Assembly: GCA_965209055.1 (NCBI GenBank)
Contig: OZ242374.1
Coordinates: forward strand, 3,904,001 to 3,968,000
DNA length: 64,000 nucleotides
Direction of reading: 5' to 3'
From: Acidobacteriota bacterium
Lineage (GTDB): Bacteria; Acidobacteriota; UBA6911; RPQK01; JAJDTT01
Shown here: positions 1 through 10,147 of the stretch, in pieces
Layout: every line of letters starts with the position of its first letter
How positions within the stretch are numbered: the first letter of the stretch is position 1
Made by a program: the position numbers and the translations under genes
The notes under the pieces: generated by a model
Databases searched by the model: none
What the model saw: the letters and a program-made list of their open reading frames with translations, nothing else
What the model was told of the DNA's origin: nothing

Positions 1-105
1 GGGTTGGATTTTGTCGCGCAGGCGCATGAGTATGCCCGGCGGCTTCCGGCGTGGGAAGAGGCGGAGATCAGGGCGGTCCGGGGAGTGGAACCGGTTCACG
101 CCTGA
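1..105 (+). CDS. 3' end of an unidentified host gene (partial)
   Basis: Frame 1 is open from the window edge (GLDFVAQAHEYARRLPAWEEAEIRAVRGVEPVHA*) to TGA at 103-105. It converges on the gene ending at 21241 once the island is removed. Confidence 0.5.
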   Translation, partial: GLDFVAQAHEYARRLPAWEEAEIRAVRGVEPVHA

Positions 106-154
106 TGGGAGGGGGGGCCTACCTCCGCAGCAACGAGGAAGCGGGAAGACGGGG

Positions 155-168
155 GGACTAACAGTCCC
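155..168 (+). repeat. attL core (direct repeat)
   Basis: GGACTAACAGTCCC, identical to 21222-21235. Confidence 0.8.
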
Positions 169-276
169 AACTGTCCCAAAGTCAAAGACTACCGAACATT
201 AACGTTTACAGTGATTTACCGGGTTCTTCGCCGAATCGGTAAGGTGGTTGACTCCCTATGTTTGACATGCTGAACA

Positions 277-293
277 GGCAACAGACAGGCAGC
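277..293 (+). promoter_or_regulatory. Putative integrase arm-type binding site (left end)
   Basis: GGCAACAGACAGGCAGC versus GGCAACAAACAGGCAAC at 21112-21128 (15/17 identical); both lie about 95-110 bp inside the att cores. Confidence 0.55.
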
Positions 294-1196
294 CGAATCG
301 GCTCCTGAAAGCCGGCGCGCCCTTTTTCTCCCTTCCGTATCAACTGCCCCAAGTGCGGCTCCGTGAACGTCAACGCTGCTTCGCGTCGGCAATTGCACTC
401 GATATGTGGTCCACCATCCTCTGCGCAAATTCCAGACCGACAACTGCTTCTTGGTGAATGGTTGGCCCGTTACCCGGAGGCGGTGGTCCGAGTCGTCGGA
501 ACTGAAACCACAACCTCGGTTTGGGAACCAGTCCCCGACCCGGAACGTCCACGAGAACGACTTGGGAAGCTAATCCGTCCCACGCCGCAATTTGTTGAAG
601 GCGTTCGGGCGGAATTGTTTCGCGGGCTGGGTTCATCATTAGGGTTACTCCTTACTCGGTTGCACCACTGAGTTGAGTGGTCGTTACTGAGCACCTTCGA
701 GACACCGTAGCACGTCGAGGGGGTCCACTCCACGCTCACGTAGCTCCCATCCGATGTCGTAGAGCATTCCGAGGGTGACGGCGGATGAACAAGTCCGTAG
801 ACCCCTTCGGACGGGACGGCATTCCCGAGAATCAGCATCCCCGGCAAGTGCCCTATGGCGCAGTGGGGAGGACCCGGCGCTACTTGGCGTTCAAACTGCA
901 GATTGCCGTCGAGGACGGCAGGGCCACCCTCGTCTGTGTCGCTCCGGAGCCGGTGGTCACCAAGGGTCTGCGCTCCTGGATGGCGGCGCACCGGCGGTGG
1001 AGGATCGCTCCGTGTCAGTTGTGATCGAGATGACCACTCTCGACCGCCGCAAAGGTTTTTGGTGACTCGTTTCGGGCGTGCGTCAAGAGGGTCTCGCGCC
1101 CGATCCGGGATGTGAATGGGACAAAGGGGGTGGATTCACAAAAAGCGGTCCCGGTGACTCACAAATGCACTCTCCCCGATCTTTTTTCCTTTCAGT

Positions 1197-1370
1197 CAGT
1201 TACGGCCCCATTCCCGGCCACCGGGTGGCCGCACGGGGAAAATGGAGGTGGACGGGAGCGACCCCCCCTTTTTGCTGCCCGGTGCGGGCGCGGGGGTGTG
1301 GCGCAATTCACATTTGCGCCACACCCCCTGGGGGGTCGCTCCCGTCGCATTATCCCTTGGCGGGAAGGCC
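1197..1370 (+). repeat. ~175-bp structured element, copy 1 (inverted relative to 14463-14636)
   Basis: Highly similar to the reverse complement of 14463-14636. Nested stems GGGAGCGACCCCCC/GGGGGGTCGCTCCC and GGGGGTGTGGCGCAA/TTGCGCCACACCCCC. Confidence 0.85.
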
Positions 1371-1430
1371 TGAAATGTCACCTGTTGCCAGGAATGCCTG
1401 GTAACACTTGGGATAGACTCCATCGGAAAA

Positions 1431-1988
1431 GTGCCCGAGAGTCTGAACGTCCTGCACAACCCGGCTCTCAAGCCGGAAGTCACGGACTGCGCCCTCCTGG
1501 AGGGCAACCTGGAAGAGTGGATCGTCTGCTGTTCGCAGCGATTCTTCCCGTTGGCCCGGAGAATTGCCAGAGACGACAGTCTCGCCGAGGACGCGCTTCA
1601 GACCAGTTGGATCAAGATCCTCCAATCCATCAACCACGCTTATTTCAACGGTCCCAGGGCCTGCCCCTGGGTGACCCGGATTGTCGCCAACACGGCTAAG
1701 GATGTTCGCCGGCGACGGCGTCGCCGGAGAGAGGTTGCCTTCTTTGAAGCCGAAGCTCCGGGTCGGACCCCTGAGGAACTGGTCCAAGAGAAGCAGATGT
1801 TGGTCCTGCTGCGGGAAATGGTGGCGCTCCTCCCGGACACCTACCGCCAAGTGATCGAGTTGCGTGTGTATAAAGGATTCTCCACACGGCAGACAGCAGA
1901 CCTGCTCCATGTCTCCCGCTCGGATGTCTCGACCCGGTTGCATCGTGCCACCAAGCTGCTCCAGCAACGCATCGACGCCCGCCTTTAG
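1431..1988 (+). CDS. ECF-type sigma-70 factor
   Basis: Region 2 (LAEDALQTSWIKI...WVTRIVANTAKD) and region 4 (LPDTYRQVIELR...GFSTRQTADLL...VSTRLHRA). Start uncertain. Confidence 0.85.
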   Translation: MPESLNVLHNPALKPEVTDCALLEGNLEEWIVCCSQRFFPLARRIARDDSLAEDALQTSWIKILQSINHAYFNGPRACPWVTRIVANTAKDVRRRRRRRREVAFFEAEAPGRTPEELVQEKQMLVLLREMVALLPDTYRQVIELRVYKGFSTRQTADLLHVSRSDVSTRLHRATKLLQQRIDARL

Positions 1989-2542
1989 CCTGTCCTACCC
2001 AGAAGCTCCACGACCAACGGATAGCCTCAGTTAAGCGCCCCTTTCCTGTCCCTTCGACGATCCCGACCGGGGACCTTTTCTCCCGATGGGAAAAAAGACT
2101 GTGACCGATTCCGATTTCAGACGTTGTACTGAATAGAGGGGAAAATCCCAAGGCGTCAGGACACCGATGATGCGGGTGAATGACCACGGAGGCGAAAACA
2201 GAAGGGAAATCCCATGCAAGACATAAGTGTTTCTCTTACCGTTGAGGATGATTGTCAGGCGAACAAGCTAGGAGCAATGGCGGGGGCCGTGACTCTGCCC
2301 TATCTCCCTGACTCAGGCCTGTTCCGCACGATGCGGCACCCCCGCCAGACAGGCAAGAGTACCACCGCGTTGACAGCAATACGCCACGCTCCGAGGCTCT
2401 AGGATTGGACGGTGTTCGAAATCTACAATGATCCTGTTCGATATCCAGAACCCAGGTGGAAAAGCCCACGGATTAGGGTGCTGGGCGTCGTTCTTTGGGC
2501 GATCACCGCGGGCATCCAAGCGTTCCTCTACTGGTACTTCGG

Positions 2543-2956
2543 ATGAGCAAGCTGTCCAAGATCCTCTCCCCCGGCGTCGGATTCGTTGTGTGGATGGCCT
2601 TGCTTGTTTGCCTGTTCCTCTGGCACGATGTCGTGATCAACATTCCTGAGTCCTCTGTCTGGCACCAGCCGGTTCACCTTGTATCAAACCTCATCGTCGC
2701 GGCAATGGCGATACTCGTAAGCTTGGAAATCTCCAAGTTCAGGGAAAAGGCCAAGCCCCAGTCGGAGTGGGACACTTGGCATGGAGTGATTGCGATTTCT
2801 CTAGGAATCGCGTCTGCGGTGATCTACTGCGCGGCAGAGGTCGTTTTTGATTTCCGCGCTGGCCATTGGGCAGGAGCCGTGGCCTTTGGAGTGCCTGTGA
2901 TTCTGTACTGTATCTATATCGGTCGCAAGCAGAAGCAGCGATGCAGGCGAGTATGA
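2543..2956 (+). CDS. Hypothetical membrane protein (about 4 TM)
   Basis: Four hydrophobic segments in the ORF; ATG at 2543 chosen as the start. Confidence 0.55.
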   Translation: MSKLSKILSPGVGFVVWMALLVCLFLWHDVVINIPESSVWHQPVHLVSNLIVAAMAILVSLEISKFREKAKPQSEWDTWHGVIAISLGIASAVIYCAAEVVFDFRAGHWAGAVAFGVPVILYCIYIGRKQKQRCRRV

Positions 2957-3395
2957 TGCAATGGCGGTCAGGTTACGATAACAATCTGTGCAACCCGCCG
3001 CTACCCTTCCGGCTTGCCATTGACCCTTCCCTCTTCATATCCCCTATTCCGTAGGGAATCCGACCTGTCCCCGTGGACGTTGGCAGATGCGCGGACAATT
3101 TTTCCGAGGTGTCGACACCGGGTCCGCAATCGTTTCGGTCGTCACCATGGCAGGGAGTATCACACAGGTGATGAGAGGTGGAAACCAAACGTAGACCATA
3201 AGTGACTGATTTTATGGGGATAGATATCTCCTGACCATTTAAGTTGCCCCCACAGATGCCCTCAGTCATTGAAATGTCCCGACTCGCCTCGGTACGTAAA
3301 GCAGCCCACTAGGCCGACTGGGTCTCAGCTTGCTTAAAAACAGTCCGTGTCGCCTCTTCTTGTCGATCCGGCGGAGAACCATGTTCCGGAAGGCT

Positions 3396-4313
3396 CGCTC
3401 AACGAAGGCCGGAGCGCAAACCTCGGCGACACTTCCATCGGCAATCAGATCCCCGAGCGCAATCTGCTGCGCTCAACGAAGGCCAAGGCCCAAACCCCGG
3501 CGACACGCCCGCGGTGGGTGGGGCAATGCTGCTACGGGCAAGTACCCGCTCAACGAAGGCCGGAGCGTAAACTCCGGCGACACGCGTAGAGAACGCCTGG
3601 CCGATGTCGGCCACGATGTCCGCTCAACCAAGGCCGGAGCGTAAACTCCGGCGACACGTCAATCGTGAGCGGCACGCCGCGCAGGGAGCGAAGGCGCTCA
3701 ACCAAGGCCGGAGCGTAAACTCCGGCGACACTCGCGCCGGCGTGAGTTTCAACGACCAGGCGGGGCCACGCTCAACCAAGGCCGGAGCGTAAACTCCGGC
3801 GACACCCGTTCAGTTCGCACCAGGTGCCCCAAATCTGGTCCGCTCAACCAAGGCCGGAGCGTAAACTCCGGCGACACCCGCAACTTCTGGAACTGTTGTC
3901 CTGTGGCTCCAGCGCTCAACCAAGGCCGGAGCGTAAACTCCGGCGACACATGGCGGTCTCACCGTTGCTTCCGGTGGTGCCGTCCGCTCAACCAAGGCCG
4001 GAGCGTAAACTCCGGCGACACCTGCGCGTCGGCTTCGCGTCGCGGACCATCAACGCCGCTCAACCAAGGCCGGAGCGTAAACTCCGGCGACACACGGGGA
4101 CCGATTCGCAGGCCAGACTCGCATTGAGGCGCTCAACCAAGGCCGGAGCGTAAACTCCGGCGACACCTCTCGGACGCTAGCGTTGGACCAGCACGCCTTG
4201 TCCGCTCAACCAAGGCCGGAGCGTAAACTCCGGCGACACCCCGCGCGAAAGGCGCGCCGTTCATAGGCTACTACCGCGCTCAACCAAGGCCGGAGCGTAA
4301 ACTCCGGCGACAC
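3396..4313 (-). CRISPR. CRISPR array, 13 repeats of 37 bp and 12 spacers of 35-40 bp (type I-G)
   Basis: Plus-strand repeat CGCTCAACCAAGGCCGGAGCGTAAACTCCGGCGACAC starts at 3396, 3470, 3547, 3621, 3695, 3769, 3841, 3913, 3985, 4057, 4130, 4203 and 4277. Internal stem GCCGGAG/CTCCGGC. Degenerate repeats at the 3396 end and a leader next to cas2 imply minus-strand transcription. Confidence 0.98.
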
Positions 4314-4517
4314 CCCTAATCTTACAATGGACAGGGCTGGAACCAAGAGAATCGACGAAGAGCGCGCTCAGATCGAAGGAATCGATTGGGATTTTGGCCC
4401 CGTGGGGCGTCTTGGAACTCGCTGGTGGCTAGAACCAAATCACAAACGCCCTCAGGATTAGACTCATTGCACTGCACAACTGTAGTTTTGGCGGATCACC
4501 GGGGGTTCGCAAACCGC
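4314..4517 (-). promoter_or_regulatory. CRISPR leader
   Basis: Non-coding ~200 bp between the cas2 stop and the first conserved repeat. Confidence 0.7.
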
Positions 4518-4808
4518 TCAGAGGACCCAAGGGTCCCCGAGTCGGTGGGGTTGGGTGCGTCCGAAACAGATGCGGGCATCGTCGAACCCGCCATTAAGTC
4601 GGTATATAATCAGGGAATCGACCTTGGGGTCCATGACGTCCTGTATCTCCCCGATCATGCGAGCCAGCCGCGAGGGAGTTTGCCTGCACTCAAACACCGA
4701 GAACTGTACTCGTTCGCCATATTTCTCGCAGATCTGGGCAACACGCTTGAGTCGCAGTGAACCATCGCCCCGAGTGTCGGCGATATCGTATGTGATGAGA
4801 AAGTCCAT
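4518..4808 (-). CDS. cas2: CRISPR-associated endonuclease Cas2
   Basis: MDFLITYDIAD...RLKRVAQICEKYGERVQFSVFEC, 96 aa. Confidence 0.97.
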   Translation of the reverse strand: MDFLITYDIADTRGDGSLRLKRVAQICEKYGERVQFSVFECRQTPSRLARMIGEIQDVMDPKVDSLIIYRLNGGFDDARICFGRTQPHRLGDPWVL

Positions 4809-4811
4809 GAT

Positions 4812-5828
4812 TCACGGCAGCACGAACGGGGGATAGGCTGGTAGATCTCCCCGAAGATGACGCGCCAGAAGGGTCGATTGGATGTGCGGAAGCGCCCATC
4901 GACCCACACCCCGACGGAGCACGGGATGCCGTAGCTCCGTTGCCTTGTGTTTCTCCCACGCGTGAATCAGCAACTTTCGTCCCTCGTCGTTGAGGTAGAC
5001 CGCACCACCCGGCGTCCGCACGAAATGATCTTCCCGTAGCTGCTGACGTCGGACCAGCGACACGACGAAGCGGTCCGTAAGAGGCCGTAGCTCCTCGGCA
5101 AGGTCGAGTGCGAGCGACGGCCGGCCTGATCTCGGTCGGTGAAAGAAGCCCATTTGGTAATCGAGTCCAACGCTCTCAATGGCGCCGATGAGTTCCGTCA
5201 CCAAGAGTCCATAGCAGAAGCCGAGCGCCGAGTTTACGGGATCCCGGGGCGGCCGCCTGCTCCGGGCCAGGAATTCGCAATTTGAGTCCGCCAGGACTTC
5301 GCCCACTCCGCGAAAGTAAACGCGCGCCGCATCGCCCTCAATGCCCCGGACATGGTCCGGTGTCGGGGCGTCGCTGACGCGGGGCACCCGGACCAGAAGC
5401 TGGTCGGCACGCCGGGCAAGGCTGCCAGCCAGAACCGGATCCTTTGCGTCGCGACTCCATCGGCCGAGCACTTTTCTGCTGTTTTGTAGTTTCGCCGCCA
5501 CCACCGCCTTGGAGAGTGCCACCGCTTGAACCTCGTCGCTGACGGCGCGATAAAGAGCGGCCCGCAAGTGAACGTTTCCGCCCGTCTTGTGACCGACGAC
5601 GAATCGTATGGAGCCGCTCTGGCGGAGCGCCGCTACGCGCACACCCCTCTTGGCGCACGCCTCCAAGGCTTGGGACGTGATCTGGCCGCCACCAATTAGT
5701 ACGAGCCCATCGATCCCCTCGAGCGGAACACGCTGCTTCCCGTCCGGCGTGGATACGAGCAAGGATCCGCGGCGATGGCCAACACGCGCCCGGTGATTGC
5801 GCACATACAGCGTGCTCAGGTAGCGCAT
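4812..5828 (-). CDS. cas1: CRISPR-associated endonuclease Cas1
   Basis: RGIEGDAARVYF, RRPPRDPVNSALGFCY, GFFH, SLALDLAEELRP. Start placed at ATG 5828 (MRYLSTLYV), overlapping the end of cas4. Confidence 0.95.
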   Translation of the reverse strand: MRYLSTLYVRNHRARVGHRRGSLLVSTPDGKQRVPLEGIDGLVLIGGGQITSQALEACAKRGVRVAALRQSGSIRFVVGHKTGGNVHLRAALYRAVSDEVQAVALSKAVVAAKLQNSRKVLGRWSRDAKDPVLAGSLARRADQLLVRVPRVSDAPTPDHVRGIEGDAARVYFRGVGEVLADSNCEFLARSRRPPRDPVNSALGFCYGLLVTELIGAIESVGLDYQMGFFHRPRSGRPSLALDLAEELRPLTDRFVVSLVRRQQLREDHFVRTPGGAVYLNDEGRKLLIHAWEKHKATELRHPVLRRGVGRWALPHIQSTLLARHLRGDLPAYPPFVLP

Positions 5829-6433
5829 TTGAAGACTGTCCCAGTCATGTAGCGACTTATGCGGCGGGGTGCACTGGTCACCTCCGGCAAGCAATGAGCC
5901 CGGAGTTGACACTTCTGGCAGCGTTCGTCATTGGGAGCGTCCGGCAATTTTCCGGAAAGCACCTGACTCCGGATCGCCTCAACGATTTCCCGGACCTGCG
6001 CTCGGAGTTCTGGCGTGAAAGGAACCCGTAGGCGGCGCCTGGGTCCCCCGTACCAAATGTAGCCTGCCGGTATCTCCACGCCGAGCATTTCTTCCAGGCA
6101 CATGCCCTGCGCGCACACTTGCAGGTCGGCCGTATCGCCGTGTCGCACGCCTGACTTGTATTCGACCGGGCAAACCCGACCGCCATCGATCTCGACCGCG
6201 TCAGCGCGGCCCGAGAGGCCCAGCTCCTCCGACCACAGCGGTATCCCGCGTAGGACGAGCTTCCCACGTTCATGCCGGGAACGACCGGAGTCCACACGCC
6301 GGTGGGCCCGCGAGCCCCTTACGGTGTGTGCATTATCGCTCCATACGCCGTCGCAGTGAATCAGGGCGCACTGCCTCGCGCAATACGCGAAGTGCTCGAT
6401 CGCCGAAATCAGGACGACCGGATCGTCAGTCAA
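5816..6433 (-). CDS. cas4: CRISPR-associated exonuclease Cas4
   Basis: ISAIEHFAYCARQ, GRADAVE...PVEYKSG, QVCAQGMCLEEM, C-terminal CQKCQLRAHC Fe-S cysteines. Confidence 0.95.
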   Translation of the reverse strand: MTDDPVVLISAIEHFAYCARQCALIHCDGVWSDNAHTVRGSRAHRRVDSGRSRHERGKLVLRGIPLWSEELGLSGRADAVEIDGGRVCPVEYKSGVRHGDTADLQVCAQGMCLEEMLGVEIPAGYIWYGGPRRRLRVPFTPELRAQVREIVEAIRSQVLSGKLPDAPNDERCQKCQLRAHCLPEVTSAPRRISRYMTGTVFKCAT

Positions 6434-7319
6434 GTCTCTCTGCTCCGAAGCCGCGGGTCGTATCCGAGGTTCCCTTTGCCTCGTAGTTCACACTCCGCCA
6501 CGCCGCGTGGATTCCAAAGCGGGCCCAAGAACTCTTCCGATCGATCCGCCATAGATCGAGGAGCGCGTCAATCCCCGCACAGTTGAGAGGAATGCTCCAG
6601 ACGGGCCAAGCAAAACGAGACCGTGCCCGGCGATCATCTTCCCGCACCCACCCCCGTTGGATCGTGGAGGCGCGGACGCCCTTTCCCGTGCGCGCGTCCG
6701 TCCCGGTCCCCCGCACCGGAAAAAGAGCCAATCCAAAGAACGCTAGCGTCTCCACCACCGGATCAACCCACTTCGAAGCCGCGTCCGCTCCGGACCCCAT
6801 CCGCGCTATATCGAAACCGAGGCCGTTGTTTTCGATTCTCTCGCCCGTGCCCTCAAACGTTCGGCGAAGATCCTCCGTCCCCGGTGTGAAGTGCAGCTTT
6901 AGCAGGCGGTCATGCATGACGTACCCGCGTGGCACTGGCGGATCGAACGGAGAGTGTGCGACGTTACCCTTGTCATCGACGTGGAGGTCGGTGATCGTTG
7001 ACGAGAGCGTCCACGACAGGGGATCTGTGCGTACGGCGGAGGCGCGCGACGCGAATGCGTCCACCGGGACGTTTCTCGGCAGGTCTTCAATATTCGGCCA
7101 CGCCCTCCGAATCGGCATGCTTTCGAGCGTGGAGCGGCTCGGCCAGGAACTCGCCAGGACGGCTACTGGGTCCTCCTGCTGGCAGCATAGAACAGCTTGA
7201 GGCGTGCCCTCTTGTGTCCAACGCAGCCGTAACTTGGGACTGACAACCGTGGCTCCGACCGCTGCAAGCCACGCGTTGATCCACGACGCTGGCAACCCGG
7301 GGCATGTCACTTCCTTCAT
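6426..7319 (-). CDS. csb3: Type I-G short large subunit (Cas8u2/Csb3-like)
   Basis: Lies between cas3 and cas4; N-terminal GLPASWINAWLAAVG; NNGLGFD and PVVETLAFFGLALFPV motifs; 297 aa. Confidence 0.7.
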   Translation of the reverse strand: MKEVTCPGLPASWINAWLAAVGATVVSPKLRLRWTQEGTPQAVLCCQQEDPVAVLASSWPSRSTLESMPIRRAWPNIEDLPRNVPVDAFASRASAVRTDPLSWTLSSTITDLHVDDKGNVAHSPFDPPVPRGYVMHDRLLKLHFTPGTEDLRRTFEGTGERIENNGLGFDIARMGSGADAASKWVDPVVETLAFFGLALFPVRGTGTDARTGKGVRASTIQRGWVREDDRRARSRFAWPVWSIPLNCAGIDALLDLWRIDRKSSWARFGIHAAWRSVNYEAKGTSDTTRGFGAERLD

Positions 7320-10147
7320 GGTTTGGCCTCCACCGCGGGTATTGGCACACCGCTGGAGACCGCATGGTCGGCCGTCCGCAAAATAGATTCCATCAACGCC
7401 AGCCCCCAGGGCCCGAAGCTCTCGTTGAGCCGCCTGAATCGAGCTGGCTGTTCCCAGTCGACAACCGAAAGATCGGCGGAGGCTTCCAGCCGGACGCCGT
7501 CGATCTCCGATACCACTATCTCCGCTGCGCCGTCGATCACGGGCGGGATCAGTGGCCGTCCGCCCCCGTGATGGCTGATCACGAGATGGACGAGGAGGTC
7601 GGCTAGTCGAGGGTCAAAATCATTTTCCAATGTATCGATCCAAAGCCGAACCAGCCGTGCGGACAGCGTTTCATGTCGGCCGCCTCGGGGCCAACCGGCC
7701 GCGACTCGCGTTGCGTTCCAACGGTTCTTCGGCATACCCGACTTTGCGAGAAAGGGGGAGGCTCGCCCGTTCGGGGCTGTGGCGTTCGGATTGAGCCAGC
7801 GTTGGAAACGCGGATCAGCCTTGCCGGTGTCATGCCACCGGCCAGCGAGTATGATCACGTTAACGAGTTCCGAGGGAAGTCCAACCTGTTCCGCGATCGA
7901 ACGGGACATGATCCCCACCGCTTCTCCGTGAGTATCGAGGAGAACCGCCGTCGGGGCGAGTGAAGTCTCATCGAGTTCTTCGCTTGATTGTTCCGTCCTG
8001 CCGTCGGCAGGAAGACGAAAGCGCGGAACCTCGTTGGGCGAAAAAACCACCCTCGGTTCAAGGGCTTCCAGGAAGTCTCGCCATTCGGCCTCTTCCCACC
8101 CTGCGGGTGTGGTCTCGGACATAGCTTGGAGGAACTGTTCAGCGGCATCCTGCCGCTCGGCCTCGTCTATTTCCTCCTCGTCCGGGACATGCCCCAAAGC
8201 CTTCCGGAGCAGACTCCGCAAAGGTACGTTGCCAGACGCCGTTTCAAGGGGTTTGGTCAGAGAAACGCCGCCCATTCGTTGAATCGCCTCCTCATCAAGT
8301 GGCAATCCCCGAGCGGCGATCGACACGTCGAAGACAGGAGAAGTCGAATCGGGATTCCAGCCGAATTCGTCAAGCAGACCCCTGTCGGACGGAAGCAGGA
8401 CAACGTCTCCGGGACGGAGTTTCCTGATCGGGATGGACTCGATGGTGATCTGGTCGGTGCGGAGACGCTTGACTTCTTCATCCTCGCCGATGGCCCTTTT
8501 TATTGCGCCGATCGGGACGTTCACGACCTCACGGTCGAAGGGGCGCGGCCAGAGCCGTTGCTCGGCAACCGGGACGTGGCCCCGCCAGATGACCGACACT
8601 GTGTAGTCGATGCCTGAGATGCCGGAGAAATACGGCTCTACCGGGGCCTCTTCCAGAGGTGGCGTTGTAGTCTTAATCCATTCCCACAAGAGACCGTTGA
8701 GGATCTCTGGCGCACGTCCCGGATCGTCGCTCGGCTCTCGGAGTATTTCCGAGACCCTCCTTGGCGAAAGATCAACACTCGCCTTGGCCGGATCCAGGGA
8801 ATTCTTTAATCGTTCCAGCACCGTGTCTGGTTCAGTACCATAGACAGGCCACTCAGCCGGACCCGTCCTCTTGCGCGCTCCCCGTTTCTTGGGAGGCGTA
8901 TGGGCATACACGCCCCGTGCATGATCGAAGTGACCGAGGCGGTTGAGGCGACCCAACCGCTGGGTGAGCGCACGGACGCCGCAGGTTTCGGTGACCAGGT
9001 ACTCCGCGTCAATATCGGCACCCACCTCAAGTGTCTGAGTGGCGATGACAATCAGGTGCCGCGACCGTGCCGTGCCGGGGTTGCGGTCCGCAGCCATGCC
9101 CTCGACTCCGTCCAGGATCCGCGTTCGGATGAATTCCGCCTCCCGCTCCCGGGTTCGGCCTGTCAGGAGGAGCGTGTCGGCAGCCGATGCCGGGAATCGC
9201 TTCCGTAGAAGCGTGAGGACCCCTCGGGCCGTATCCGGCGTGTTGGCGAAGACCAGACATGACGAAGACGGCGACGCCTTCAGAAGATCCTCCACGGCCT
9301 CCGTCAAGTGCCGAACGGGGTCGCCCGATGAGCGGACTCGAATCGTCACCGGCTTGCTGGCGTCGAGCCTTTGCCCCACGGTAGCATTGCCTTCGTCGTC
9401 CGCGTTGAGATCAAATCGATCTCCCTCCGGCGCGTCTCCCGTTGCGGTCAGGGCCACAACTTGCGGCCGCGATCGTGGCGCTCCGAGGATCTCTTTCGCC
9501 CCCTTGGTGCATTCCGAGAGCGCGGAGACAAGGTTCGTGAGATGTCGGGCCAGGTGCGCTTCATCCACCAGGAGCAGACAGTCGCTTCCCGCAAACGCCG
9601 CGTCGACTGGGCGCATCATCCGGCTGGTTCCGTAGCCGCGAAACAGCAGACGAGACCCATACATGGGGATAGTCGACAGGAGTACCGCGGGACTGGACGG
9701 ATCGGTCGGACGCTTCGCTCCGACGCCGCCTCGGAGTCGGATTACTTCAAGGGGAGAAGCCGTTGGAGCGGCCGCCAGGGAACGCAAACGCTCTCCCACG
9801 ACGCGAAGGGGCCTCACGTCGCTGCCACGAAGAGTCTCACTGATCCACAGGGCATGTTCTGCGGTGGAATCGACAAGGAGCCGCCGGTTGACCAGCCACC
9901 AAATCCGGGTCGGGGCCGTGCGCTCGCTGGGTGGCCGTTCAGCTTGCGACGCCAGCCACCAAACGGCGATGTCCAGGCAGGCCGTCTTTCCCAGCCCAGT
10001 GGGAACCCCGATTTCAGTCGGCCAACGGTCTGATTCCGCGACCTTCTCCGCGAGTCGTGCCTGCCACGGGAAGGGCGGGCGCTCGTTGAGTGCCTGGTAG
10101 AACTCCGGGAACGTCGGCATCGGGTCCAGTCGTGGCGCATCAAACAT
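7316..10147 (-). CDS. cas3: Type I-G Cas3 (SF2 helicase with C-terminal HD nuclease)
   Basis: PFPWQ, PTGLGKT, DEAH, TQTLEVGADID, QRLGRLNR; C-terminal HD motifs WHDTGKAD, RHE and SHHG. Confidence 0.95.
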   Translation of the reverse strand: MFDAPRLDPMPTFPEFYQALNERPPFPWQARLAEKVAESDRWPTEIGVPTGLGKTACLDIAVWWLASQAERPPSERTAPTRIWWLVNRRLLVDSTAEHALWISETLRGSDVRPLRVVGERLRSLAAAPTASPLEVIRLRGGVGAKRPTDPSSPAVLLSTIPMYGSRLLFRGYGTSRMMRPVDAAFAGSDCLLLVDEAHLARHLTNLVSALSECTKGAKEILGAPRSRPQVVALTATGDAPEGDRFDLNADDEGNATVGQRLDASKPVTIRVRSSGDPVRHLTEAVEDLLKASPSSSCLVFANTPDTARGVLTLLRKRFPASAADTLLLTGRTREREAEFIRTRILDGVEGMAADRNPGTARSRHLIVIATQTLEVGADIDAEYLVTETCGVRALTQRLGRLNRLGHFDHARGVYAHTPPKKRGARKRTGPAEWPVYGTEPDTVLERLKNSLDPAKASVDLSPRRVSEILREPSDDPGRAPEILNGLLWEWIKTTTPPLEEAPVEPYFSGISGIDYTVSVIWRGHVPVAEQRLWPRPFDREVVNVPIGAIKRAIGEDEEVKRLRTDQITIESIPIRKLRPGDVVLLPSDRGLLDEFGWNPDSTSPVFDVSIAARGLPLDEEAIQRMGGVSLTKPLETASGNVPLRSLLRKALGHVPDEEEIDEAERQDAAEQFLQAMSETTPAGWEEAEWRDFLEALEPRVVFSPNEVPRFRLPADGRTEQSSEELDETSLAPTAVLLDTHGEAVGIMSRSIAEQVGLPSELVNVIILAGRWHDTGKADPRFQRWLNPNATAPNGRASPFLAKSGMPKNRWNATRVAAGWPRGGRHETLSARLVRLWIDTLENDFDPRLADLLVHLVISHHGGGRPLIPPVIDGAAEIVVSEIDGVRLEASADLSVVDWEQPARFRRLNESFGPWGLALMESILRTADHAVSSGVPIPAVEAKP

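Noticed and set aside
363-1115. Short ORFs at the island's left end
   Set aside because: No recognisable family or clear RBS; they may be decayed element genes but cannot be supported.
3330-4153. ORFs overlapping the CRISPR array
   Set aside because: They are translations of repeats and spacers (recurring AQPRPERKLRRH / LNQGRSVNSGDT).
3433-4276. Self-targeting spacers within the window
   Set aside because: No match was noticed by eye; an exact search is needed to exclude it.
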